Source: a virus (Duplodnaviria; Heunggongvirae; Uroviricota; Caudoviricetes). Taken from it: DNA of 64,000 nucleotides. Positions 36,818 to 49,254 of this stretch are shown here, piece by piece. Within the stretch, counting starts at the first letter, position 1. Each line of letters begins with the position of its first letter. The DNA is taken from the IMG/VR virus record IMGVR_UViG_2718218305_000006. One strand, given 5' to 3'. The notes under the pieces were generated by a model. That model did no database searches. It was not told the origin of the DNA and worked only from the letters and a program-made list of their open reading frames with translations. The translations under genes were made by a program, and so were the position numbers.

Positions 36818-36959
36818 TGGGGTGGCTAATGATATCAGATAAACTCATAACGCTGGTGAAGAGCCTCTGTGTACTTGTCGGCATTTCATTTTCACTAATG
36901 CTGGTTGCTCTTTTTCTTTCCATGGCCTGGATGGCGTTGACTTCGGCAGGGCTGGTGGG

Positions 36960-37433
36960 GTGAGCATAAACCGAATGCTTTCCGCGTTTACCGTTATTCT
37001 GCTGGTGGTCTGTGGTGCGCTTAGTCTGGGGCTGAATCATTACCGCGATAACGCCATAACCTACAAAGAGCAGCGCGATAAAAAAGTCAGTGAGCTGGAG
37101 CTGGCAAATGCAACCATTACTGATATGCAGCAGCGCCAGCGTGATGTTGCTGCACTTGATGCCAGATACTCGAGGGAATTAGCTGATGCGAGAGCTGAAA
37201 ATGAAACTCTGCGTGCTGATGTTGCCGCTGGTCGTAAGCGCCTGCGCATCAACGCCAACTGTCCAGGCTCCTTGCGTAAAGCCCCCATCACCTCCGGCGT
37301 GGATAATGCAACCGGTCCCCGACTGGCAGAAGCCGCTGAACGGGATTATTTCATCCTCAGAGAACGGCTGATGGCAATGCAGAAGCAACTGGAAGGAGCA
37401 CAGGAATATATCCGTACCCAGTGTATACCGTGA
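36960..37433 (+). CDS. Rz: Spanin inner-membrane subunit Rz
   Basis: 157 aa lambda Rz-like (..NHYRDNAITYK.., ..ERDYFILRERLMAMQKQLEG..); GTG start. Confidence 0.85.
   Translation: MSINRMLSAFTVILLVVCGALSLGLNHYRDNAITYKEQRDKKVSELELANATITDMQQRQRDVAALDARYSRELADARAENETLRADVAAGRKRLRINANCPGSLRKAPITSGVDNATGPRLAEAAERDYFILRERLMAMQKQLEGAQEYIRTQCIP
37186..37371 (+). CDS. Rz1: Spanin outer-membrane lipoprotein Rz1 (embedded in Rz, +1 frame)
   Basis: Lipobox ..LVVSAC.., Pro-rich ..VKPPSPPAWIMQPVPDWQKPLNGIISSSENG, lambda Rz1-like. Confidence 0.8.
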   Translation: MRELKMKLCVLMLPLVVSACASTPTVQAPCVKPPSPPAWIMQPVPDWQKPLNGIISSSENG

Positions 37434-37896
37434 TGTTTTGTTACGAAGGTGTTACCGGTAACGTTAAGGTAATTTAACAAAGAGTCAGTTCCGGACTTTA
37501 TAGTGTGCTCAGTTCATGGCCAAAAACGATTTCTGTGATAAATATTTTGAATATTATTTACAGGTAAATGGAGTGGGGCACATGGATAGAAATATTACAA
37601 TAGAGTATGAAGTATATGCCCGTATTGTATGGGCAGAGAAGGCAAAAACATGGTAATTCCGTGTGTTGCCATGATACCTGACTGGCAGAATTGTTGTTTG
37701 GTTTTGAGTATATAGTCAGCGTCTTTTGTTCGGTAATTGCTCTTTCAATTAAAATGCCAGATATGATTTGCTTTTCTTTGTTGTTTAGTTTTTTTGTATA
37801 TTATTTTTATTGTTTTTATATAATTAGTTTTTTATTGTTGTCTTATTAAGGACGGTAAATTCAGGATGGCAGTCTGTAGATAAACGGAGGTTACTT

Positions 37897-38211
37897 ATGC
37901 TACATGATCACCTGGCAGAATGTCTGGAGAAAAAAGGACTGTACCGGAGAGCAGCTGAACGATGGGCAAAAGTGATGGTACAGCTAAGTGATGACCAGAA
38001 AAGAAAAGTGGCGGCACAGAAACGAGCAGAGTGTTTGCGTAAGGCGCGCCGGACTCCGGTTTCACCGGTGAACCTGACCGAAATAAAACAAGCGGTCAAC
38101 AGACTACATTCTGAGTTGGGAATGGGATTTGAAGAGCGGCGGGTATTCCGACGATATAAAGGGACAGGAGAACAGAATACGTCCGGAAACGCGCGGTCAA
38201 AAAAATGCTAA
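37897..38211 (+). CDS. PerC-family-like transcriptional regulator (Pch-like), tentative
   Basis: 104 aa, basic, ..GLYRRAAERWAKVM..; GGAGG SD; preceded by about 450 bp of very AT-rich DNA. Confidence 0.4.
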   Translation: MLHDHLAECLEKKGLYRRAAERWAKVMVQLSDDQKRKVAAQKRAECLRKARRTPVSPVNLTEIKQAVNRLHSELGMGFEERRVFRRYKGTGEQNTSGNARSKKC

Positions 38212-38292
38212 AAAATATCTGAGAGCGTTATTGCCTGTTACCATAAGAAAAAGCGACTTTAGTGGTCGCTTTTTGTGTCATATATAAGTCGT

Positions 38293-38517
38293 TTAAGTAA
38301 ACCTGTCTGAACAGGTTCTCTGGTCGTGTTTGTCTTTGTTGGGTACAAATTGAGAATATTTTTCATTAATTAATCTTCTTCTGCAGGCTTCAATAACCCA
38401 CGCTGAAAAATTTCCTGAACCTTTCAGATCAAGAGCGATGTTAATTTGTTCAATCATCTGGTTTGGAAATCGGATGTTGCGGGTTGTTGTTCTGCGGGTT
38501 CTGTTCTTTGATGACAT
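38293..38517 (-). CDS. Small putative DNA-binding protein (YnfO/YlcI-like position upstream of terminase)
   Basis: 74 aa basic N-terminus; only minus-strand gene in the late region. Confidence 0.35.
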   Translation of the reverse strand: MSSKNRTRRTTTRNIRFPNQMIEQINIALDLKGSGNFSAWVIEACRRRLINEKYSQFVPNKDKHDQRTCSDRFT

Positions 38518-38716
38518 AATGTTGCCCCATATTCAGTGTTGCTGATTTGTATTATCTGAAGTTGCTTTTACGTTAATTTGATGCAGATCAATTAATACGA
38601 TACCTGCGTCATAATTGATTATTTGACGTGGTTTGATGGCGTAGATGCACGTTGTGACATGTAGATGATAATTATTATCATTTTGCGGGTCCTTTCCGGC
38701 GATCCGACCGGTTACG

Positions 38717-38728
38717 GGGCGGCGACCT
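38717..38728 (+). other. cos: cosN cohesive-end sequence (GGGCGGCGACCT) with lambda-like cosB downstream
   Basis: Exact lambda 12-nt cohesive end followed by CGCGGGTTTTCGCTATTTATGAAAATTTTCCGG, about 175 bp upstream of nu1. Confidence 0.8.
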
Positions 38729-38903
38729 CGCGGGTTTTCGCTATTTATGAAAATTTTCCGGGGAAAATCATGTCGGTACTTCTCGAACATAACTATTTGT
38801 TTTTTCTAATATCGAATCCGTAAAGGTCCGACATGAAAACGCCTGAAAAAGTCATTTTCGGGCACTTTCATGTCGGACCCTGTATTTGTTGTGAGACTGT
38901 TTC

Positions 38904-39423
38904 ATGAAGGTTAATAAAAAGAAACTTGCCGAAATTTTCAACGTGGATCCGCGAACGATTGAACGCTGGCAGTCTCAGGGGCTCCCTTGCGTCTCCGGAG
39001 GTGGTAAGGGCGTTGAATCTGTATTTGATACCGCCACGGCAATTCAGTGGTATGCGCAGAGGGAAGCTGATATCGAAAATGAAAAACTCCGTAAAGAGGT
39101 TGAGGATTACAGGGCTGCCAGCGAGGCAGATCTCCAGCCTGGGACTATTGAGTACGAACGCCATCGACTTACGCGTGCGCAGGCTGACGCCCAGGAGCTG
39201 AAGAATGCCAGAGACTCCGCAGAAGTGGTGGAAACCGCATTCTGTACTTTCGTGCTGTCACGGATCGCAGGTGAAATTGCCAGTATTCTTGACGGGATCC
39301 CTCTCTCAGTACAGCGGCGTTTTCCGGAACTGGAAAACCGACATGTTGATTTCCTGAAACGGGATATTATCAAAGCCATGAACAAAGCAGCCGCGCTGGA
39401 TGAACTGATACCGGGGTTGCTGA

Positions 39424-39449
<26 letters not shown>
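38904..39449 (+). CDS. nu1: Terminase small subunit Nu1
   Basis: 181 aa; near-identical to lambda Nu1 over C-terminal 120 aa. Confidence 0.9.
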
Positions 39450-43130
<3,681 letters not shown>

Positions 43131-43150
<20 letters not shown>

Positions 43151-44450
43151 TCTCCCGCATATTGCCAGCATGGCTTTTAATGAGCCGCTGATGCTTGAAC
43201 CCGCCTATGCGCGGGTTTTCTTTTGTGCGCTTGCAGGCCAGCTTGGGATCAGCCGCCTGACGGATGCAGTATCCGGCGACAGCCTGACTGCCGGAGAGGC
43301 ACCCGCGGCGCTGGCGTTATCCGGTGATGATGACGGACCACGACAGGCCCGGAGTTATCAGGTCATGAACGGCATCGCCGTGCTGCCGGTGTCCGGTACG
43401 CTGGTCAGCCGGACGCGGGCGCTGCAGCCGTATTCGGGAATGACCGGTTACAACGGCATTATCGCCCGTCTGCAACAGGCTGCCAGCGATCCGATGGTGG
43501 ACGGCATTCTGCTCGATATGGACACACCGGGCGGGATGGTGGCGGGAGCATTTGACTGTGCTGACATCATCGCCCGTGTGCGAGACATAAAACCGGTATG
43601 GGCGCTGGCCAACGACATGAACTGCAGTGCAGGTCAGCTGCTTGCCAGCGCCGCCTCCCGGCGTCTGGTCACGCAGACCGCCCGGACAGGCTCCATCGGC
43701 GTCATGATGGCTCACAGTAATTACGGTGCTGCCCTGGAGAAACAGGGCGTGGAAATCACGCTGATTTACAGCGGCAGCCATAAGGTGGATGGCAACCCCT
43801 ACAGCCATCTACCGGGTGATGTCCGGGAAACACTGCAGTCCCGGATGGATGCAACCCGCCGGATGTTTGCGCAGAAGGTGTCGGCATATACCGGCCTGTC
43901 CGTGCAGGCTGTGCTGGATACCGAGGCTGCAGTGTACAGCGGTCAGGAGGCCATTGATGCCGGACTGGCTGATGAACTTGTCAACAGCACCGATGCGATC
44001 ACCGTTATGCGTGATGCACTGGATGCACGTAAATCCCGTCTCTCAGGAGGGCGAATGACCAAAGAGACTCAATCAACAACTGTTTCAGCCACTGCTTCGC
44101 AGGCTGACGTTACTGGCGTGGTGCCAGCGACGGAGGGCGAAAACGCCAGCGCGGCGCAGCCGGACGTGAACGCGCAGATCACCGCTGCGGTTGCGGCAGA
44201 AAACAGCCGCATTATGGGGATCCTCAACTGTGAGGAGGCTCACGGACGCGAAGAACAGGCCCGCGTGCTGGCAGAAACCCCCGGTATGACCGTGGAAACG
44301 GCCCGCCGCATTCTGGCCGCAGCACCACAGAGTGCACAGGCGCGCAGTGATACTGCGCTGGATCGTCTGATGCAGGGGGCACCGGCACCGCTGGCTGCAG
44401 GTAACCCGGCATCTGATGCCGTTAACGATTTGCTGAACACACCAGTGTAA
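43131..44450 (+). CDS. C: Head protease / minor capsid protein C (S49 family), with nested scaffold Nu3 frame
   Basis: GTG at 43131 after GAGGAGAAGA; product VTAELRNLPHIASMAFNEPL.. matches lambda gpC; track ORF 42996 is an upstream extension. Confidence 0.9.
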
Positions 44451-44459
44451 GGGATGTTT

Positions 44460-44792
44460 ATGACGAGCAAAGAAACCTTTACCCATTACCAGCCGCTGGG
44501 CAACAGTGACCCGGCTCATACCGCAACCGCGCCCGGCGGATTGAGTGCGAAAGCGCCTGCAATGACCCCGCTGATGCTGGACACCTCCAGCCGTAAGCTG
44601 GTTGCGTGGGATGGCACCACCGACGGTGCTGCCGTTGGCATTCTTGCGGTTGCTGCTGACCAGACCAGCACCACGCTGACGTTCTACAAGTCCGGCACGT
44701 TCCGTTATGAGGATGTGCTCTGGCCGGAGGCTGCCAGCGACGAGACGAAAAAACGGACCGCGTTTGCCGGAACGGCAATCAGCATCGTTTAA
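44460..44792 (+). CDS. D: Head decoration protein D
   Basis: [27 protein letters not shown].. lambda gpD; ATG 44460 with AGGGA SD. Confidence 0.9.
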   Translation: MTSKETFTHYQPLGNSDPAHTATAPGGLSAKAPAMTPLMLDTSSRKLVAWDGTTDGAAVGILAVAADQTSTTLTFYKSGTFRYEDVLWPEAASDETKKRTAFAGTAISIV

Positions 44793-44847
44793 CCTGACCC
44801 TTCATCACTAAAGGCCGCCTGTGCGGCTTTTTTTACGGGATTTTTTT

Positions 44848-45873
44848 ATGTCGATGTACACAACCGCCCAACTGCTGGCGGCAAATGAGCAGAAATTTAA
44901 GTTTGATCCGCTGTTTCTGCGTCTCTTTTTCCGTGAGAGCTATCCCTTCACCACGGAGAAAGTCTATCTCTCACAAATTCCGGGACTGGTAAACATGGCG
45001 CTGTACGTTTCGCCGATTGTTTCCGGTGAGGTTATCCGTTCCCGTGGCGGCTCCACCTCTGAATTTACGCCGGGATATGTCAAGCCGAAGCATGAAGTGA
45101 ATCCGCAGATGACCCTGCGTCGCCTGCCGGATGAAGATCCGCAGAATCTGGCGGACCCGGCTTACCGCCGCCGTCGCATCATCATGCAGAACATGCGTGA
45201 CGAAGAGCTGGCCATTGCTCAGGTCGAAGAGATGCAGGCAGTTTCTGCCGTGCTCAAGGGCAAATACACCATGACCGGTGAAGCCTTCGATCCGGTTGAG
45301 GTGGATATGGGCCGCAGTGCGGCGAACAACATCACGCAGTCCGGCGGCACGGAGTGGAGCAAGCGTGACAAGTCCACGTATGACCCGACCGACGATATCG
45401 AAGCCTACGCGCTGAACGCCAGCGGCGTGGTGAATATCATCGTGTTTGACCCGAAAGGCTGGGCGCTGTTCCGTTCCTTCAAAGCCGTCAGGGAGAAGCT
45501 GGATACCCGTCGCGGCTCTCATTCCGAACTGGAGACAGCGGTAAAAGACCTGGGCAAAGCGGTGTCTTATAAGGGAATGTATGGCGATGTGGCCATCGTC
45601 GTGTATTCCGGACAGTACGTGGAAAACGGCGTCAAAAAGAACTTCCTGCCGGACAACACGATGGTGCTGGGGAACACTCAGGCACGCGGTCTGCGCACCT
45701 ATGGCTGCATTCAGGATGCGGACGCACAGCGCGAAGGCATTAACGCCTCTGCCCGTTACCCGAAAAACTGGGTGACCACCGGCGATCCGGCGCGTGAGTT
45801 CACCATGATTCAGTCAGCACCGCTGATGCTGCTGGCTGACCCTGATGAGTTCGTGTCCGTACAACTGGCGTAA
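44848..45873 (+). CDS. E: Major capsid protein E
   Basis: MSMYTTAQLLAANEQKFKFDPLFLRLFF.. lambda gpE, 341 aa. Confidence 0.95.
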   Translation: MSMYTTAQLLAANEQKFKFDPLFLRLFFRESYPFTTEKVYLSQIPGLVNMALYVSPIVSGEVIRSRGGSTSEFTPGYVKPKHEVNPQMTLRRLPDEDPQNLADPAYRRRRIIMQNMRDEELAIAQVEEMQAVSAVLKGKYTMTGEAFDPVEVDMGRSAANNITQSGGTEWSKRDKSTYDPTDDIEAYALNASGVVNIIVFDPKGWALFRSFKAVREKLDTRRGSHSELETAVKDLGKAVSYKGMYGDVAIVVYSGQYVENGVKKNFLPDNTMVLGNTQARGLRTYGCIQDADAQREGINASARYPKNWVTTGDPAREFTMIQSAPLMLLADPDEFVSVQLA

Positions 45874-45914
45874 TCATGGCCCTTCGGGGCCATTGTTTTT
45901 CTGTGGAGGAGTCC

Positions 45915-46313
45915 ATGACGAAAGATGAACTGATTGCCCGTCTCCGCTCGCTGGGTGAACAACTGAACCGTGATGTCAGCCTGACGGGGACGAAAGAAGA
46001 ACTGGCGCTCCGTGTGGCAGAGCTGGAAGAGGAGCTTGATGACACGGATGAAACTGCCGGTCAGGACACCCCTCTCAGCCGGGAAAATGTGCTGACCGGA
46101 CATGAAAATGAGGTGGGATCAGCGCAGCCGGATACCGTGATTCTGGATACGTCTGAACTGGTCACGGTCGTGGCACTGGTGAAGCTGCATACTGATGCAC
46201 TTCACGTCACGCGGGATGAACCTGTGGCATTTGTGCTGCCGGGAACGGCGTTTCGTGTCTCTGCCGGTGTGGCAGCCGAAATGACAGAGCGCGGCCTGGC
46301 CAGAATGCAATAA
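45915..46313 (+). CDS. FI: DNA packaging protein FI
   Basis: MTKDELIARLRSLGEQLNRDVSL.. lambda gpFI; GGAGGAG SD. Confidence 0.9.
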   Translation: MTKDELIARLRSLGEQLNRDVSLTGTKEELALRVAELEEELDDTDETAGQDTPLSRENVLTGHENEVGSAQPDTVILDTSELVTVVALVKLHTDALHVTRDEPVAFVLPGTAFRVSAGVAAEMTERGLARMQ

Positions 46314-46324
46314 CGGGAGGCGCT

Positions 46325-46678
46325 GTGGCTGATTTCGATAACCTGTTCGATGCTGCCATTGCCCGCGCCGATGAAACGATACGCGGGTACATGGGAACGT
46401 CAGCCACCATGACATCCGGTGAGCGGTCCGGCGCAGTAATACGTGGTGTTTTTGATGACCCTGAAAATATCAGCTATGCCGGACAGGGCGTGCGCGTTGA
46501 AGGCTCCAGCCCGTCCCTGTTTGTCCGGACTGATGATGTGCGGCAACTGCGGCGTGGTGACACGCTGACCATTAACGGCGAGATGTTCTGGGTGGACCGT
46601 GTTTCTCCGGATGACGGAGGGAGTTGTTATCTCTGGCTCAACCGTGGGCAACCACCGGCAGTTAACCGGCGACGATAA
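46325..46678 (+). CDS. FII: Head-tail joining protein FII
   Basis: MADFDNLFDAAIARADETIRGYMG.. lambda gpFII; GTG start. Confidence 0.9.
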   Translation: MADFDNLFDAAIARADETIRGYMGTSATMTSGERSGAVIRGVFDDPENISYAGQGVRVEGSSPSLFVRTDDVRQLRRGDTLTINGEMFWVDRVSPDDGGSCYLWLNRGQPPAVNRRR

Positions 46679-46692
46679 ACGCAGGGTGAATT

Positions 46693-47226
46693 ATGGCGAT
46701 AAAAGGGCTTGATCAGGCGATTGAAAATCTGAGCCGGGTTCGTAAAAACGCCATTCCGGCGGCTTCAGCAATGGCCATTAACCGCGTGGCCACAACGGCG
46801 ATTAATCAGTCTTCATCACAGGTTGCCCGGGAGACAAAGGTACGCCGGAAACTGGTAAAGGAACGGTCCAGACTGAAACGGGCCACGGTCAGAAATCCGA
46901 ATGCCAGAATTATCGTTAAACGCGGTGATCTCCCTGTGATTAAGCTGGGGATCAGGATGCTGGGCCGTCGTCCGGACAGCATACTTAAAGCTGGTCAGCA
47001 TCGGTATCAGCGGGCATTTATCCAGCGATTAAAAAATGGTCGCTGGCATGTCATGCAGCGTGTGGCCGGGAAAAACCGTTACCCCATTGATGTGGTGAAA
47101 ATCCCGATGGCGGCCCCACTGAAACAGGCGTTTGATGAGAATATTGACCGTATCCGGCGTGAACGTCTGCCCGGAGAACTGGCATACGCGCTGAAACAAC
47201 AACTTAGGATTGCGATAAAACGATGA
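46693..47226 (+). CDS. Z: Minor tail protein Z
   Basis: 177 aa lambda gpZ-like along full length. Confidence 0.9.
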   Translation: MAIKGLDQAIENLSRVRKNAIPAASAMAINRVATTAINQSSSQVARETKVRRKLVKERSRLKRATVRNPNARIIVKRGDLPVIKLGIRMLGRRPDSILKAGQHRYQRAFIQRLKNGRWHVMQRVAGKNRYPIDVVKIPMAAPLKQAFDENIDRIRRERLPGELAYALKQQLRIAIKR

Positions 47227-47618
47227 AACATACTGATATCCGTGCGGCAGTGCTGGATGCACTGGAGCTGCATGAACACGGGGCGACGCTGTTTGATGGT
47301 CGCCCCGTTGTTTTTGACGAAGAGGATTTTCCGGCCGTCGCGGTTTATCTGACGGATGCAGAGTATACCGGTGAAGAGCTGGATGCAGATACCTGGCGGG
47401 CCACACTGCATATTGAGGTGTTTTTACCGGCACAGGTACCGGATTCGGAGCTTGATCAGTGGATGGAAAGCCGGATTTATCCGGCGGTGACTGCGATCCC
47501 GGCACTGGCAGACCTGATTACGACGATGGTTACGCAGGGCTATGAGTATCGTCGTGATGACGATATGGCGTTATGGAGTTCTGCGGATCTGACTTATTCC
47601 ATTACATACGAGATGTGA
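47223..47618 (+). CDS. U: Minor tail protein U
   Basis: 131 aa lambda gpU-like. Confidence 0.9.
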   Translation: MKHTDIRAAVLDALELHEHGATLFDGRPVVFDEEDFPAVAVYLTDAEYTGEELDADTWRATLHIEVFLPAQVPDSELDQWMESRIYPAVTAIPALADLITTMVTQGYEYRRDDDMALWSSADLTYSITYEM

Positions 47619-47625
47619 GGACGAT

Positions 47626-48378
47626 ATGGCAACACCAAATCCCCTTGAGCCGGTAAAAGGTGCCGGTACCACTCTGTGGGTTTACAACGGCAAGGGTGAT
47701 GCTTATGCAAACCCGTTGTCAGACGATGACTGGCAGCGACTGGCTAAGGTGAAGGATCTGACGCCGGGCGAGATGACGGCAGAACCCTACGATGATAACT
47801 ACCTGGATGATGAAGACGCGGACTGGACCGCGACCGGGCAGGGGCAGAAGTCTGCAGGAGATACCAGTTTTACGCTGGCCTGGAAACCGGGAGAAGAAGG
47901 TCAGAAAGGGCTTATAGGCTGGTTTGAAAGCGGGGATGTGCGGGCCTATAAAATCCGTTTCCCAAATGGCACGGTGGATGTGTTCCGTGGCTGGGTCAGC
48001 AGTATCGGTAAGGCCGTGACGGCGAAAGAAGTGATCACCCGCACGGTGAAAGTCACTAACGTGGGCAAACCTTCCGTGGCGGAAGAACGCAGCGAAATTA
48101 CGCCGGCCACTGCAATTAAGGTGACACCGACATCCGGTACGGTGGCAAAAGGGAAAACAACCACCCTGACTGTTTCTTTTGAGCCGGAAAGTGCAACCGA
48201 CAAGACGTTCAGAGCGGTTTCCGCCGATCCGTCGAAAGCCACCATTAGTGTGAAAGATATGACAATTACGGTAAACGGCGTGGCGACAGGTAAGGTGCAG
48301 ATCCCTGTGGTGAGCGGAAATGGTCAGTTCGCCGCAGTGGCTGAAGTCACCGTTACTGAAGCGGGCGCTGCAGGGTAA
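47626..48378 (+). CDS. V: Major tail protein V
   Basis: Identical protein to copy at 3678. Confidence 0.9.
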   Translation: MATPNPLEPVKGAGTTLWVYNGKGDAYANPLSDDDWQRLAKVKDLTPGEMTAEPYDDNYLDDEDADWTATGQGQKSAGDTSFTLAWKPGEEGQKGLIGWFESGDVRAYKIRFPNGTVDVFRGWVSSIGKAVTAKEVITRTVKVTNVGKPSVAEERSEITPATAIKVTPTSGTVAKGKTTTLTVSFEPESATDKTFRAVSADPSKATISVKDMTITVNGVATGKVQIPVVSGNGQFAAVAEVTVTEAGAAG

Positions 48379-48391
48379 ACGGAGGTAATAC

Positions 48392-48814
48392 ATGTTTCTG
48401 AAAACAGAACAATTTGAATATAACGGTGTGTCCGTCACGCTTTCCGAATTGTCTGCGCTGCAGCGGTTTGATTATATAAAGTTTGTTTCAGACGCAGAAC
48501 AACAGGAGACAACGAAGCATGATGTCGTGCACATTAACCAGCGATATCTGGAAACGGCATCCCTGCTTGTGGCGATGTCGCTATGGCATTCCCATTCCCT
48601 CAAAGGCACTCTGGCCTCTCCGGAGACAGAGATGCAGCAGATCCGCCGTGAAGTGATGCTGGGATGGCCTGCTGATGCACTGAATCAGGCAACGAACCGG
48701 GTGCTTTATCTTTCAGGTATGCTGGATAACCGGCACGATGCCGATCCTGAACAAACCGGTAAAGCAGAAGCGACTGAGTCGGTAACATCAAAAAAGCATT
48801 CGAAGGCGAGCTGA
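48392..48814 (+). CDS. G: Tail assembly chaperone G
   Basis: 140 aa, few substitutions versus copy at 4444. Confidence 0.85.
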   Translation: MFLKTEQFEYNGVSVTLSELSALQRFDYIKFVSDAEQQETTKHDVVHINQRYLETASLLVAMSLWHSHSLKGTLASPETEMQQIRREVMLGWPADALNQATNRVLYLSGMLDNRHDADPEQTGKAEATESVTSKKHSKAS

Positions 48815-49254
48815 ACTTTGTCCTGAAACTGGCGCGAGAGATGGGGAGACCCGACTGGCGCGCCATGCTTGCCGGGATGACATCCACCGAATATGCCGAC
48901 TGGCGACGTTTTTACTGCACGCATTATTTTCAGGATACCCAACTGGACGCTCATTTTTCCGGGCTGATGTACGCCGTACTCAGCCTGTTTTTTGGCGATC
49001 CGGATATGCATCCGGCGGATTTCAGTCTGCTTGCTCCAGCGTGTGAGGAAGAGCAGACGGAGATGCCGGACGAGGAAGAAATGCTGATGCAGAAAGCGAC
49101 AGGAGTTGCCGGAGGCGTCCGGTTCGGAGGGGACGGAGGGCGCGATATTTCACCTTCTGCGGATGTGGTGGATGTCAGCGAGGATGATGTTGCATTAATG
49201 ATGGCTTCAGCGGGGATTTCCGGAGGTGTGAGATATGTCCCAGCCAGCGGGTGA
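48790..49254 (+). CDS. T: T segment of G-T fusion (programmed -1 frameshift at A_AAA_AAG 48790-48796)
   Basis: Same in-phase heptamer as copy 1; the out-of-phase GGGAAAG of copy 1 is GGTAAAG here; C-terminus differs from copy 1 and overlaps H start. Confidence 0.75.
   Translation, partial: KKAFEGELNFVLKLAREMGRPDWRAMLAGMTSTEYADWRRFYCTHYFQDTQLDAHFSGLMYAVLSLFFGDPDMHPADFSLLAPACEEEQTEMPDEEEMLMQKATGVAGGVRFGGDGGRDISPSADVVDVSEDDVALMMASAGISGGVRYVPASG

Noticed and set aside
38533-38790. 85-aa minus-strand ORF spanning the cos site
   Set aside because: Covers cosN/cosB, whose sequence is conserved for packaging, not coding; product is low-complexity.
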